Part shown: positions 41,590-52,200 of the stretch, piece after piece
Layout: every line of letters begins with the position of its first letter
How positions within the stretch are numbered: the first letter of the stretch is position 1
Assembly: GCA_947168965.1 (NCBI GenBank)
Contig: CAMVNW010000003.1
Location: forward strand, 1 to 53,924
Source of the DNA: an uncultured Bacillales bacterium
GTDB lineage: Bacteria; Bacillota_I; Bacilli_A; RF39; UBA660
Direction: 5' to 3'
DNA length: 53,924 nucleotides
Program-made: the position numbers and the translations under genes
Notes under the pieces: generated by a model
The model's input: only the letters and a program-made list of their open reading frames with translations
What the model was told of the DNA's origin: nothing
Databases searched by the model: none

Positions 41590-42465
41590 CTAACAACCTG
41601 TCTCATCAATAATAAAATCATCAGATGAATAATTATAAGAAAAATCCTTATTAAAAAATCTTATTTTTTTATTACTCATACCATCAATGCTTATATTAAA
41701 CTCTTTTATATATCCTGATGCATCAATAGAAGTATTACTCATACTATCATCAAAATCAACAATTCTTTTTGAACTATCAAACTTAACATTAACACATTTT
41801 CTAGTATCATAAGAATTAGTTATAATTAAATCATCAAAATCTTCATAATCATTAATAGATTTAGTAATACTACCCAAATCACGAGAATTTTTAAATAAAC
41901 TAAATGTTCCACTAATACTTTTCTTATATGGGCTAACACTATTAACAACAATACTAACATCAACATTGTTTAATTCATAACCTTCAGTAGGAACAATATC
42001 AAAATAAATATCTTGATTAGCAACCAAATTTTCCCAACTATATCCTTTAATCTCACACTCAGTCTTATTAAATGAACTAACATCAGTATCATCAATATCA
42101 TTTATACATCTTGCGTTACTAGATAAAACACCCGTGAAAGTAGAATTATTAGTACCATTTAAATTACATGTAGCAGGAATATCACTAAGTACTTCACAAG
42201 TAACATTATATCTAATGTCATACTCAGTAATTAAACTATCATTTATACTATTTTTAAGATTAAAATGAACACTATTTCCATCCCATAAAGTATCAACATT
42301 TTTAACATCATTACCTAAAAAATCACTACTAAAATAAAAACCATGAGACTCCAAATAATAATTCCATACAGAACTAGACTTATAACGAGCTAAACTAGTA
42401 AGGTAAAAGCACATAAAACCACAAATCATACAAAAAACTATTATTAACTTCTTCTTAGTACTCAC
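41590..42465 (-). CDS. Secreted protein with SipW-type signal (SLA/RY)
   Basis: Basic-hydrophobic signal ending LARY; FYFSSDFL; Cys pairs. Confidence 0.7.
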   Translation of the reverse strand: MSTKKKLIIVFCMICGFMCFYLTSLARYKSSSVWNYYLESHGFYFSSDFLGNDVKNVDTLWDGNSVHFNLKNSINDSLITEYDIRYNVTCEVLSDIPATCNLNGTNNSTFTGVLSSNARCINDIDDTDVSSFNKTECEIKGYSWENLVANQDIYFDIVPTEGYELNNVDVSIVVNSVSPYKKSISGTFSLFKNSRDLGSITKSINDYEDFDDLIITNSYDTRKCVNVKFDSSKRIVDFDDSMSNTSIDASGYIKEFNISIDGMSNKKIRFFNKDFSYNYSSDDFIIDETGC

Positions 42466-42473
42466 AAAATCAC

Positions 42474-43001
42474 CTATACTTTCTGATAACTCTTAATCTC
42501 AATATTAATATAATCAATTAAATTAGAAAAAGATTCATCACTATATAACCCATCAAAAGTAACTCTTAAAGTATAATTATCCAGATTTTCTTCTTCATAA
42601 GATAACTCTTGAACAGGAGAATTACATACCAACTCGTTATTTTCATTTCTACTATAAGTCTCATCACAAGAAAGTATTAAATCCTCACCCTTATAAAGTT
42701 CAATAATTAAAGGAGTAAAATGAGGTGTTAGTATAGTAAGCTGATATTCAATCGTTACATCACTTAATAGGTCAGAAGAACCATTACTAATAGAAAAATT
42801 ATATTCCTCAGTCTGTCCAGGAGTTAGATCAATCAAAGGAAGCTCTAACCTATCCAATGTCTCAGCATCAAATACAAATTTAGCTATCCTTTGATCAACA
42901 CTACTTAAAGTCGCATCAGATGAAAAATATGAATATGTTATACCAATACCAAATATAAAAAACATAACAATAAACAAAGATATTAATATTTTATACTTCA
43001 T
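42474..43001 (-). CDS. Small secreted TasA/CalY-like subunit (TYS/YF)
   Basis: GITYSYFSS...IAKF, LTPGQTEEYNFSISN. Confidence 0.72.
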   Translation of the reverse strand: MKYKILISLFIVMFFIFGIGITYSYFSSDATLSSVDQRIAKFVFDAETLDRLELPLIDLTPGQTEEYNFSISNGSSDLLSDVTIEYQLTILTPHFTPLIIELYKGEDLILSCDETYSRNENNELVCNSPVQELSYEEENLDNYTLRVTFDGLYSDESFSNLIDYINIEIKSYQKV

Positions 43002-43010
43002 AAATCACCT

Positions 43011-46000
43011 CTAACGAATAATTATATACTTACTAACACTACCAACTTTATTATTACCATCATATAAATCAAATACAAATTTATAACTTGTCTTATCTAG
43101 ATTAGAAGTATCCAAATTAAAATCAAACACATTATACTCATGATCAACACTATATGATAAAGCACTTCTACTAACATAATAAACAGAATCAATATAACTA
43201 TCAAGAGAATCACTTGTATAATTTCCCATATCAATCAAATCATAATCTTGATTATAAGCAGTTAATTCACTCTTCTTATACATAGAAACCTTAATATTAG
43301 GATTTTCCAATTTATCCTGTAAAATATTAAAATTAAGATTATAAACATTACCCTTATCAAGAATTCTATCAGAATCAATTAATACATCAAAATTATAATC
43401 ATAATTATTGTTTCCACTAGAAACAACAACAGGAATCATAATTGAATTAGATAAAACACTATCAAAATATAAACCATCATATGATGAATAAGGATTTATT
43501 TTAATATAATATGTACCTTCCTTTAAAGAAGAATTACCTTGATGAGTAATAATAGATAAAACATTAGAACTATTAGAATTAGTATTTAAATTAACCCTAA
43601 CAATATCATCACTACCAGGTAAATAAACTAAATCATCAACCTTAAACATCATATTTTTTAAATTATCCTTACTTATAATTCTACCTGCTCCATCGACTAA
43701 TTTTATAGATAAACCTAATTTCTTACCAAAATAACTAGTATCAAAATAAGAACTATAATTTATTAAACTATTAATAGGAATATCAGTTTGAGAATCAGAA
43801 TTATAAATAATACTTCCATTATAATCAGTAGAAATACCATGAGTTAATCTCATACTTCTATCATCAGTTATATTAAAAGGATTTTTGTTTAAAGTAGATC
43901 TTAAAATAGAATCATTATTAACACCTTCTAAATAAATTGAAATATTATTATAACTACTATTAATATTAGAATTACTAAAATCAATTATAAAACTAAATGA
44001 CTCATTAGAAACAGTAGAATCAGAATAATAAACATCACTAAGTCTACCCTTTTCCTTAAACAAACTTAAAGGATAACTAGCAACCCCATTAAGATCAAAG
44101 CCAAATCTATCATTAGTATCAACAACATAACTATAGACCTTATTATTTATTCTATCGATCATAGTAATATCAGTACCTCTAGGAAGTAAAATACTAGATA
44201 TTAAATTATGAGTAATAGAAATTTCCTTATTATTAGAATAACTAACATCAAAAGAAATACTTGAATTATTAGTTATATTGTTTCCAGTTCCACCTAAAGG
44301 CTTAAAATTACTAATAACATAACCATCATAAATTATAACTGGAGTTGAAGCATATGTAACAAAATCACAACCATCAGTAACCTTAACATATAAAATATAT
44401 TCACCAACAGTATTAACAGAAATATCCCCGTCATAATTAACCCAAGAAATACTATTCATGTCATTTATAACAAAATTACTTAAATAATATTCTATAGACT
44501 TAATACCAGATAAAGAATCAGTCGCACTAACAGTAAAATCAAAAGGATGATCAACATACACTTCGCCACTACTTAAACCACTCCATTGATTATCAAAAGC
44601 ACTAATACTAACATTAGAACCACTGCTATCAAGAACTAATAAATCAGAATTAATATAACTTACATTACCATTGTTATCAACTAACTTAACATAAATAACA
44701 TAAAAACCTTCATCATTTATTCTTACAATATCAGTATAAGGAGTCCAAGAAACATTATTCAAATCAGACTTACTCAAAACATCTTGAGAATTACTAATAT
44801 AATAATACTTATCAGTAACATGTATATTATCAATATCATTAATCATAAAAGTAATATTAGAATTAATATTTTTAGTATCCAAATTAGGACTATATGAATT
44901 CCACATAAAAGTATTTAAATGAAGTTCAGAATAAGAATTAATAATATCATCAATAAATAATACAGGAAGCATTCCATCTTCAAAAACCCAATTATTTAAA
45001 GGATTATTCTCTAAATCATCAAAACTAACAAATTCACTATAATTAACTAAGAAATTTTTATCTTTTAAATTAGAATCAGTAACTAAACTACTATTAATTC
45101 CACCATCTCTATCAGGATAAACATAATAATTATTACTAGAAACAATATCACTATCAACAAGATCTAAAACTAAATCATTATCAGTAGTTATAAAAGAATT
45201 ACTAATATTAGCTTGAGAATTAATAAAATAACCAATTAATCCACCATTAATAGAACTAGTACTATAAACCCTATCAATAACACCATTACCTTTAAAAACA
45301 CCTATACCATTAGAACTATAAGAATTTAAAGAACCAGTGCTATAAGAATTTATAATTGAAGAATCTTCACTATATCCAATAATACCACCAGATAAAAATC
45401 CACCATTAATATTAACCTTGCTAACACAATTAATAAAAGTAGAATTATTAGAATAAGAACTTATTCCACCAATAATACTATATTCTAAACTATTAAAATC
45501 ATCTAATAAATTAGTAATATCATTAACCTCTGAATTAAATGAATCACCTAAAACATATCCATCAACTAAAACATTACTAACACTACCATCAATAATACTG
45601 TCAGCTAAAACACCTAAATTTCCATTACCCTTAACAAAAGCATTTTCAATATATAAAGATGTAATTTCACCAGATAAATTATTAAATAATGATTGAGAAT
45701 TATAATAACCATATATAGTGTGATAATCACCATCTAGTATACCCTTAAAATTAGATAGTGATGGAAAAACATTAATACTTCCAACCTCTTCACCTGTAAA
45801 ATCAGGATTGTCATAATATTTATCACCATTAACATAATAAGTATTATTACCAACAATATATTTTACTAAATCGTCCTCATACTTAAACATACCTTCATTA
45901 AGTAAAATGTCATTAGACAATTTAAAATAAACCCCATCATAGTTATTATTTTCTAATTGCGAGGAAAAGAAAGCCAATTCCTCACCATTAGAAATAATAT

Positions 46001-46184
46001 ATGGATTATTCAAAGTACCATTACCACTCTTATATTTAGAAGCAATATTACCACTCCATACATTACTATAAGATGAAATTCTATTCTTATAACGAGCAAA
46101 AGCTGGAAGACTAAAAGAAAGTAATAATATAAAAATTAAAAACAAAACTATACAAATAATTTTTTTACTCTTACTTAATTCCAT
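43011..46184 (-). CDS. Large secreted protein with GLUG-type repeats and Ig-like domains (AFA/RY signal)
   Basis: GNGTLNNPYIISNGEEL, F.G..DG..HTI, GGIIG repeats, ATDSLSGIKSIEY. Confidence 0.78.
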   Translation of the reverse strand: MELSKSKKIICIVLFLIFILLLSFSLPAFARYKNRISSYSNVWSGNIASKYKSGNGTLNNPYIISNGEELAFFSSQLENNNYDGVYFKLSNDILLNEGMFKYEDDLVKYIVGNNTYYVNGDKYYDNPDFTGEEVGSINVFPSLSNFKGILDGDYHTIYGYYNSQSLFNNLSGEITSLYIENAFVKGNGNLGVLADSIIDGSVSNVLVDGYVLGDSFNSEVNDITNLLDDFNSLEYSIIGGISSYSNNSTFINCVSKVNINGGFLSGGIIGYSEDSSIINSYSTGSLNSYSSNGIGVFKGNGVIDRVYSTSSINGGLIGYFINSQANISNSFITTDNDLVLDLVDSDIVSSNNYYVYPDRDGGINSSLVTDSNLKDKNFLVNYSEFVSFDDLENNPLNNWVFEDGMLPVLFIDDIINSYSELHLNTFMWNSYSPNLDTKNINSNITFMINDIDNIHVTDKYYYISNSQDVLSKSDLNNVSWTPYTDIVRINDEGFYVIYVKLVDNNGNVSYINSDLLVLDSSGSNVSISAFDNQWSGLSSGEVYVDHPFDFTVSATDSLSGIKSIEYYLSNFVINDMNSISWVNYDGDISVNTVGEYILYVKVTDGCDFVTYASTPVIIYDGYVISNFKPLGGTGNNITNNSSISFDVSYSNNKEISITHNLISSILLPRGTDITMIDRINNKVYSYVVDTNDRFGFDLNGVASYPLSLFKEKGRLSDVYYSDSTVSNESFSFIIDFSNSNINSSYNNISIYLEGVNNDSILRSTLNKNPFNITDDRSMRLTHGISTDYNGSIIYNSDSQTDIPINSLINYSSYFDTSYFGKKLGLSIKLVDGAGRIISKDNLKNMMFKVDDLVYLPGSDDIVRVNLNTNSNSSNVLSIITHQGNSSLKEGTYYIKINPYSSYDGLYFDSVLSNSIMIPVVVSSGNNNYDYNFDVLIDSDRILDKGNVYNLNFNILQDKLENPNIKVSMYKKSELTAYNQDYDLIDMGNYTSDSLDSYIDSVYYVSRSALSYSVDHEYNVFDFNLDTSNLDKTSYKFVFDLYDGNNKVGSVSKYIIIR

Positions 46185-46195
46185 ATTATTACCTC

Positions 46196-47275
46196 CTAAT
46201 ATTCTTCATAACCTGCTAAATCTTTTTCTAAATCTAAATTAAGCGCTACTGGAGCACCTTCAGAATGAACCTCCAAAGCATCAACATCTTGGCCCTCTAT
46301 CCAAATATAAACTCTTGCTTTAGTAATACCATTTGGTATTTGAAATATAGCATTTGAAAAATCACTTTCAAAAATAGTATGTTGTAAAGCAAAATGTTCA
46401 GTATCAAGACTAACACCAGAATTAATAAAACCACTTTTATGATCTAAATGATCACCTTCAGCAATAACACCATATGTAGGAACATAAGTATTATCACTTA
46501 TACTAATTCCTAATTCACTTGCAGCATCAATACTCTCCTGATTATGCTTAGTACTATTAGGCTCATATATTAAAGAAATACATTCACCATTACATTGCAA
46601 ATTCTGAATAGTATTAACGTCAGCCTTTAAATCAGTTTCACCAATTTTAACAATACCCATTCTCATAGTATTGAAAATATCTTGCATTTTTTCTCTTGTT
46701 TCTTGATCAGCACTTTCATCAAAATCAATATAAGTACCACGTCCAATATATAAATTATCTTTTTTAGGAGAACCAGAAACATTTTTTAAAAATATATCAA
46801 AAGCAATATATTGATTCCATTCACTAGATTTATCCTCAGAAATTAAAGAAGTTGTTACAAATCTAGTACCTTTTCGAGCTTTATCAGTATATTTACCCAT
46901 ACTACCACCATAAACAGCAAACTTATCAGAATTAGTATTAGGAATACCATTAGAAGAAACACTCCATAATCCATTAGCAGCCCACTGATTTGTATGGTTT
47001 GGATAAAGTCTTACTAAATCACTTGTAATTGATTCTCTAGAAATTTCAATAGAATCAGAAAAATTAACACCATCCAAAGAAATAAACAAACCAGTTTCAG
47101 TAGAAACCTTTACATCGAAAAACTTAACCTTAACATTTAAAGAAGCAGAAAACCATGCATAAGTAGCAAAACTAAGAGCAATTCCTAAGAAAAATACAAC
47201 AAGTATTAACAATCTACCTCTTTTAGAAATATTAGGAAGTTTAAACTTAAATTTTTCCTTTTCTACTAAGTTCAT
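46196..47275 (-). CDS. Secreted SipW-type subunit (TYA/WF), paralogue of the two upstream genes
   Basis: ATYAWF, ISLDG, YIAFDIFLKN, IYEPN, RVYIWIEGQD. Confidence 0.8.
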   Translation of the reverse strand: MNLVEKEKFKFKLPNISKRGRLLILVVFFLGIALSFATYAWFSASLNVKVKFFDVKVSTETGLFISLDGVNFSDSIEISRESITSDLVRLYPNHTNQWAANGLWSVSSNGIPNTNSDKFAVYGGSMGKYTDKARKGTRFVTTSLISEDKSSEWNQYIAFDIFLKNVSGSPKKDNLYIGRGTYIDFDESADQETREKMQDIFNTMRMGIVKIGETDLKADVNTIQNLQCNGECISLIYEPNSTKHNQESIDAASELGISISDNTYVPTYGVIAEGDHLDHKSGFINSGVSLDTEHFALQHTIFESDFSNAIFQIPNGITKARVYIWIEGQDVDALEVHSEGAPVALNLDLEKDLAGYEEY

Positions 47276-47293
47276 AAAAACCTCCATTAATAA

Positions 47294-47329
47294 ATTAAGG
47301 AATAACCAACAAACCGATTATTCCTTAAT
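47294..47329 (-). promoter_or_regulatory. Long intergenic hairpin (stabiliser/partial terminator)
   Basis: ATTAAGGAATAA/TTATTCCTTAAT 12 bp perfect arms, extendable by G-U pairs on the minus-strand RNA. Confidence 0.65.
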
Positions 47330-47397
47330 CATTATCTATTAACATAACCTTTTAGTCAGTATATATTAATTATTTATAATGTCAAATAAGCATTAGC

Positions 47398-48744
47398 TTA
47401 TTCTCCTCCACCACTATTTTCTGGTGTTGTTCCACCATTATTTTGTGAATCTTGATTACCACTATTTTGTGATTGGTTACCATTATTTACAGCTGGACCA
47501 TCATCTTGTGGAAGTGCAGGCCCTTGATAATCTATATCAGTAGCAGTAAATCTTTCCTTAGTAAATCCAAAATTAACTTTAATTTGTTTTCCAATTGAAG
47601 CAAAGTCATAGTTATCAATGTCTTGTCCTTCAATATAGATATAAACTCTTACTTTAGTGATACTATTTGGAGCTAATGTCATAAATGTTGGACGTTCAAC
47701 TCCTGTTTTTGCTTTATCAGTATCAGTAAAATATGGGAATGCATATAAATATGCATTTGTTGCAGTATCATCTGGATCTGTAGTAACAGTACCAGTATAA
47801 CCATTAAATGCAGTTCCATCATATACATCAACAGCTGTTGGAGATGTAATTTCTTTACGAATTGCATATGTAGGTACAGCAGTACCATTTGCTACAGTAC
47901 CACATGTTCCACTATATGTTGCTTCAGAAGTATTATCACCTGTTCTCTTCTTACAAGTTGTATTATACCAACTTAAAGCATCAACAACATGGTTTTTATC
48001 ATTTGGTTCCCAAATTTGAGCTCTACGACAAATACTTGTTACAGCACCAGTAGTTTTACCAATTTCACCATTACAAGTAATTCCTTGAATTGCACTTTCA
48101 TCAGTAGTTGTACCAACAACTCTACCAATTTGTGCAAATGCAACTCTGACAGAGTTTTCAATACCAGTATTAGCAACTCCTGATGAACCAACAGTTACTG
48201 CTGAATTAGTTGTTAAATAAATTGCTTCTTCATTATAAGTATCATATCCTGAATAATATTCAGTTCCTGATGAATTTTTAATAAATAAGTCAAATACAAC
48301 ATATCCATCTGGAGTAGTTGTAGCATTCTTTACTTGACTTGCCATCAATCTGTATCCACCAGCAGTTGTAGTTAAACTACCTTTTTCAAATAATTTTAAT
48401 CTATTTGTACTAGGATCAATATCACCTATAGATGACATTGGAATTAATCCTCTTCCACCCCAGTTGTTTGTATTTCCTTTTGCAACTGTATAAGTTCCAG
48501 CTGTTCCAGGATCTTTATAATTACTACTATTAATAGCAACTGTAGTATCCCAAGTTTTACCATCTAATGAAAGTAATAAACTTTCAGTAGCAGCAATTTC
48601 AACATCAAATGGAGTAACATTTACTGTTCTCATACCTATAAACCATGCATAGGTTGCAGTTCCAAAAACGATAGCTGTAAAAGTAAATATTACTGCAAGA
48701 TGCAATATTCTCTTTTTTTTCTTATTTTTATCTTTTCTTGCCAT
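47398..48744 (-). CDS. Secreted SipW-type subunit (TYA/WF), candidate major fibre subunit
   Basis: ATYAWFIGMR, LSLDG, FDLFIKN, IENSVRV, IWEPND, IEGQDIDNYD; N/Q/G/S tail. Confidence 0.82.
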   Translation of the reverse strand: MARKDKNKKKKRILHLAVIFTFTAIVFGTATYAWFIGMRTVNVTPFDVEIAATESLLLSLDGKTWDTTVAINSSNYKDPGTAGTYTVAKGNTNNWGGRGLIPMSSIGDIDPSTNRLKLFEKGSLTTTAGGYRLMASQVKNATTTPDGYVVFDLFIKNSSGTEYYSGYDTYNEEAIYLTTNSAVTVGSSGVANTGIENSVRVAFAQIGRVVGTTTDESAIQGITCNGEIGKTTGAVTSICRRAQIWEPNDKNHVVDALSWYNTTCKKRTGDNTSEATYSGTCGTVANGTAVPTYAIRKEITSPTAVDVYDGTAFNGYTGTVTTDPDDTATNAYLYAFPYFTDTDKAKTGVERPTFMTLAPNSITKVRVYIYIEGQDIDNYDFASIGKQIKVNFGFTKERFTATDIDYQGPALPQDDGPAVNNGNQSQNSGNQDSQNNGGTTPENSGGGE

Positions 48745-48769
48745 TTTAATTTCCTTTCTAAAATATAGT

Positions 48770-48800
48770 GGTAAGGAGTAACATTATGTTACTCTATACC
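48770..48800 (-). promoter_or_regulatory. Intergenic hairpin between paralogous subunit genes
   Basis: GGTA..GAGTAACA/TGTTACTC..TACC inverted repeat. Confidence 0.6.
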
Positions 48801-48807
48801 TTTTATA

Positions 48808-50421
48808 TTATTGTACTGTTACATTCATAGCTGCTTCAGCATAATTACCTTGCCAATCGCTAACTAAATAACGAACAACATAAGTACCTGCTGCAGATTC
48901 AGAAGTTATAGGATTAGTAACTTGAATTTTTGTAGTTAAATCATCATAACATGCTGTTGTTCCATCAACTGTTGTCCATGTTCCACCTGCTGTTGTACAT
49001 GCCTCTTCGCTAGCTTCTGATCTAATATCGTATGCATGAACACCATTCATTGGATCAAATGATGAAGCTGAAACAGGACTAGCTGGATTAGATACACCTG
49101 TTATAATAGGTTTTGTAGTATCACCTGTTGGCATATTTGGACCATCTTGACCTTGTGCTTCTCCTTCAGTAAATCTTTCTTTAGTAAATCCAAATGCAAC
49201 ATTAATTTGTTTTCCAATTGAAGCAAAATCATAGTTATCTATATCTTGTCCTTCAATCCATACATATACTCTTATTTTAGTAATACTGTTTGGTGCAAGT
49301 GTCATAAATGTAGGTCTTTGCATACCAACTAATTTTTTTTCAGTATCAGTAAAATAATTGTATTCAAATAGTGGTTCATCACCATCAGCTGTTTTTATAG
49401 TTTTAGTATATCCGTTGTATTGTGCACCATCGTATACATCTACTTTATCGGCAACATTTACAACTCTTCTAATTGCATATGTTGAATTAGCAGTTCCATC
49501 TTCTACTTCTCCACAATTAGAGTCAGCAGTATAAGCTGAAGCTAAAGTAATATCAGAAACTCCTTCACCATCATTTGTAGGTCTTAATCTGCAAGATGTA
49601 TCATAATAACTTATAGCAGCATCTACGTGTGCAGTGTCATTTGGTTCCCAAATTTGAGCAGTACGACAAATACCTGTTACAGGTGATCCTGTGCCAGGAA
49701 CACACTTAATACCTGTAATTGTAGCAACATCAGTAGTTTTACCATTTACCCTACCAATTTGAGCAAATCCAACTCTTACAGAGTTTTCGATTCCTGTACC
49801 AGCAACACCAGTACTAGCACCAGTTGTTTTAACAACAACAGCAGAATCAGTTGTTAAGTAAATAGCTTCTTCGTTTAATTCATTATTTTCAGTATAATAT
49901 GCTTGTCCTGAGAAATTTCTAACAAATAAATCAAATGCTATATATCCACCATTTTCTGTGTTAAATCCTTGAGCATTTATAGAATTAGCACGTTGTGTAT
50001 TTGTTTCATAGTTATGAATACGACTTGCTAAAAGTCTATATCCACCAGGAGTAGCAGTTAAACTTCCTTTTTCGAACATCTTCATTGTAGATGAAGTTGA
50101 ATCCATTTCACCAATTGATGAAATTGGTTTCAAACCTGTATTTTCAGTACCAGTTCCTATACCAGCCCAGTTGTTAACATTTCCAGCATATGAAACTGTC
50201 TTAAAATTTTCTTTATTAATAGTTACTGTTGTATCCCATTTACTTCCGTCAAGAGATAAAAGTAAACTATCAGTACTTGCTATTTCAATCTCAAAGCTCG
50301 ATACATTTACTTGTCTCATACCTATGAACCATGCATAAGTAGCAACAATAAATATAAATGAACTTAAAGAACAAAAAGCAATCAAATGTCTAATCTTTTT
50401 ATTTTTCTTTTTATCTTTCAT
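48808..50421 (-). CDS. Secreted SipW-type subunit (TYA/WF) with C-terminal DUF5011/Ig-like domain
   Basis: Paralogue of 47398..48744; C-terminus DTTKPIITG...GVHAYD...DLT...GTYVVRYLVSD..GN...VTV. Confidence 0.82.
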   Translation of the reverse strand: MKDKKKNKKIRHLIAFCSLSSFIFIVATYAWFIGMRQVNVSSFEIEIASTDSLLLSLDGSKWDTTVTINKENFKTVSYAGNVNNWAGIGTGTENTGLKPISSIGEMDSTSSTMKMFEKGSLTATPGGYRLLASRIHNYETNTQRANSINAQGFNTENGGYIAFDLFVRNFSGQAYYTENNELNEEAIYLTTDSAVVVKTTGASTGVAGTGIENSVRVGFAQIGRVNGKTTDVATITGIKCVPGTGSPVTGICRTAQIWEPNDTAHVDAAISYYDTSCRLRPTNDGEGVSDITLASAYTADSNCGEVEDGTANSTYAIRRVVNVADKVDVYDGAQYNGYTKTIKTADGDEPLFEYNYFTDTEKKLVGMQRPTFMTLAPNSITKIRVYVWIEGQDIDNYDFASIGKQINVAFGFTKERFTEGEAQGQDGPNMPTGDTTKPIITGVSNPASPVSASSFDPMNGVHAYDIRSEASEEACTTAGGTWTTVDGTTACYDDLTTKIQVTNPITSESAAGTYVVRYLVSDWQGNYAEAAMNVTVQ

Positions 50422-50503
50422 TTTTTCATCCTTTCATTTCCTTAATAAAGCCATAATACTCAAACACTCTCTACTATACACCGCCCTACTATAATACAAT
50501 ATA

Positions 50504-50532
50504 ATTATACACATAGATTTCACAAAAGTCAA
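50504..50532 (-). promoter_or_regulatory. Near-consensus SigA promoter driving subunit genes
   Basis: TTGACT-17 bp-TATAAT. Confidence 0.75.
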
Positions 50533-50580
50533 TTCAAAATGTCAAAAATTGTCGATTATAAATTATTAAAAAAAGAAAGA

Positions 50581-52200
50581 CTATTTATCTTTCTTTTCTT
50601 TTTCTAATATTTTATCAGTTTGAACAATAAACCAAATTTTTTCAACAGATAAATCACTATGTTCTATCTTGTTAATTCTAAATATAAAATCAATTTTATT
50701 TTTTAAAGCGATCAAACTATCCTCATCCAAGTCCGCTAATTCCAAATTAATATTTTCAAGTCTATACTTATTACATATAACACTCGCAACATCACTTTCT
50801 TCGAAAGTATTAATACCATTAATAATTATATTAGTAGGATTCGAAGCAAATTCATCAAATTCATCACATAAATTAACTATTTCATTATATGTACCAAGTT
50901 CAAACACCTTTTTAAATGTTTCTTTCTTAAAGAAATTATAACTATAATAAAGTCTAACAACATCAGATATCAACAATAAAGAATCATTTTTAAGAGAAAT
51001 AATCTTGTTTTCAAATTCTAACTTTTCTTGTTGATAATATAAATCATATAATTCCTTCGCAATCTTCAAAGATTCAATTTTTAAATTTTTCAAAGATTCA
51101 GAACTATTCTTCTTAAAAAGAGAAAAACCAGTATTATGATCATTAAATATTTTACCATTAATATTATCAAGTTTTGATTCTTTAGTATTAATCTGATTTT
51201 CAATATTCTTTAAAGCAGAATTATTAGATTCAACCGACTCTTGTTTTTCATATTTTTCTTTAAAATAATTAAATAATGGAATAAACTTCAAATAATTACC
51301 ATATTCCAAAATATTAGTTCTTAATCTTTTTAAAGTTTCTAACAATTTATTCATAGAATCTTCATCACTATAATCAATCTCATTAATAGTCAAATCAGAA
51401 TATGTAGATAGTCTAAACTTACTATCAGGAAAATAATTATTAATCTCTATTTCACTCTTTTTAGCCATTTCAATAATATCGCACATATCTTCTTCATTAC
51501 AATTAACAAGCTCATCATACTTTTTCTTCAAGGCATCAATCAATGAATTATAATCCTTAAAATTATTTTTACTTAAAAGAGTATGTTGCTCATGACTAAT
51601 ATAATCTTCAAAATTTTTCTTATGCTTTTTAATAAGCTTTCTAAAATTAAGTTCAATATGCTCAATTATATTAGGATTATACCAATATATCTTTTCAAAA
51701 GTTTCAGATAATCTACTATAATCACCATTCACGCTAAAAAATTCAGTCATGTATTCATTAACATAACAAGTATATTTAAAATCACTGCTTTTAAGAGTAA
51801 TACCTGCAGTTCTAAACTTTTCAATCAACTTTCTAATTATCTCATTTATTTCATCAAATGTAAAATTAGAATAATTATGAATATCATAAAGTAAATTGTC
51901 AAGTCCCATTTTTTCTTTAAAAGAATTCATAGGATTCAATATAAATTTCATGTGCTTATATTCATCAAATTGTTTCATTAACTCTTCAGTATTTCTAACC
52001 TCATCAGGGCATTCGAAAGATTCACTTTTTGCTTTTAAATATTTTAAAACACTCTCCTTATAATATTCATAGTTTTCATAAATTGAAGCAATCTTTTCAT
52101 TATACTTCTTAATATTAGTTTTGTTATTTATAGGCATAGAAGAGAGTAATGTTTTTTTAGCTTCAATATCATTATCAATAAAATCTAAAAAACTATTCAT
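50581..52200 (-). CDS. Large helical/coiled-coil cytoplasmic hypothetical protein
   Basis: Long ORF, no TM; start revised to ATG 52200 after GAGG. Confidence 0.8.
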   Translation of the reverse strand: MNSFLDFIDNDIEAKKTLLSSMPINNKTNIKKYNEKIASIYENYEYYKESVLKYLKAKSESFECPDEVRNTEELMKQFDEYKHMKFILNPMNSFKEKMGLDNLLYDIHNYSNFTFDEINEIIRKLIEKFRTAGITLKSSDFKYTCYVNEYMTEFFSVNGDYSRLSETFEKIYWYNPNIIEHIELNFRKLIKKHKKNFEDYISHEQHTLLSKNNFKDYNSLIDALKKKYDELVNCNEEDMCDIIEMAKKSEIEINNYFPDSKFRLSTYSDLTINEIDYSDEDSMNKLLETLKRLRTNILEYGNYLKFIPLFNYFKEKYEKQESVESNNSALKNIENQINTKESKLDNINGKIFNDHNTGFSLFKKNSSESLKNLKIESLKIAKELYDLYYQQEKLEFENKIISLKNDSLLLISDVVRLYYSYNFFKKETFKKVFELGTYNEIVNLCDEFDEFASNPTNIIINGINTFEESDVASVICNKYRLENINLELADLDEDSLIALKNKIDFIFRINKIEHSDLSVEKIWFIVQTDKILEKEKKDK

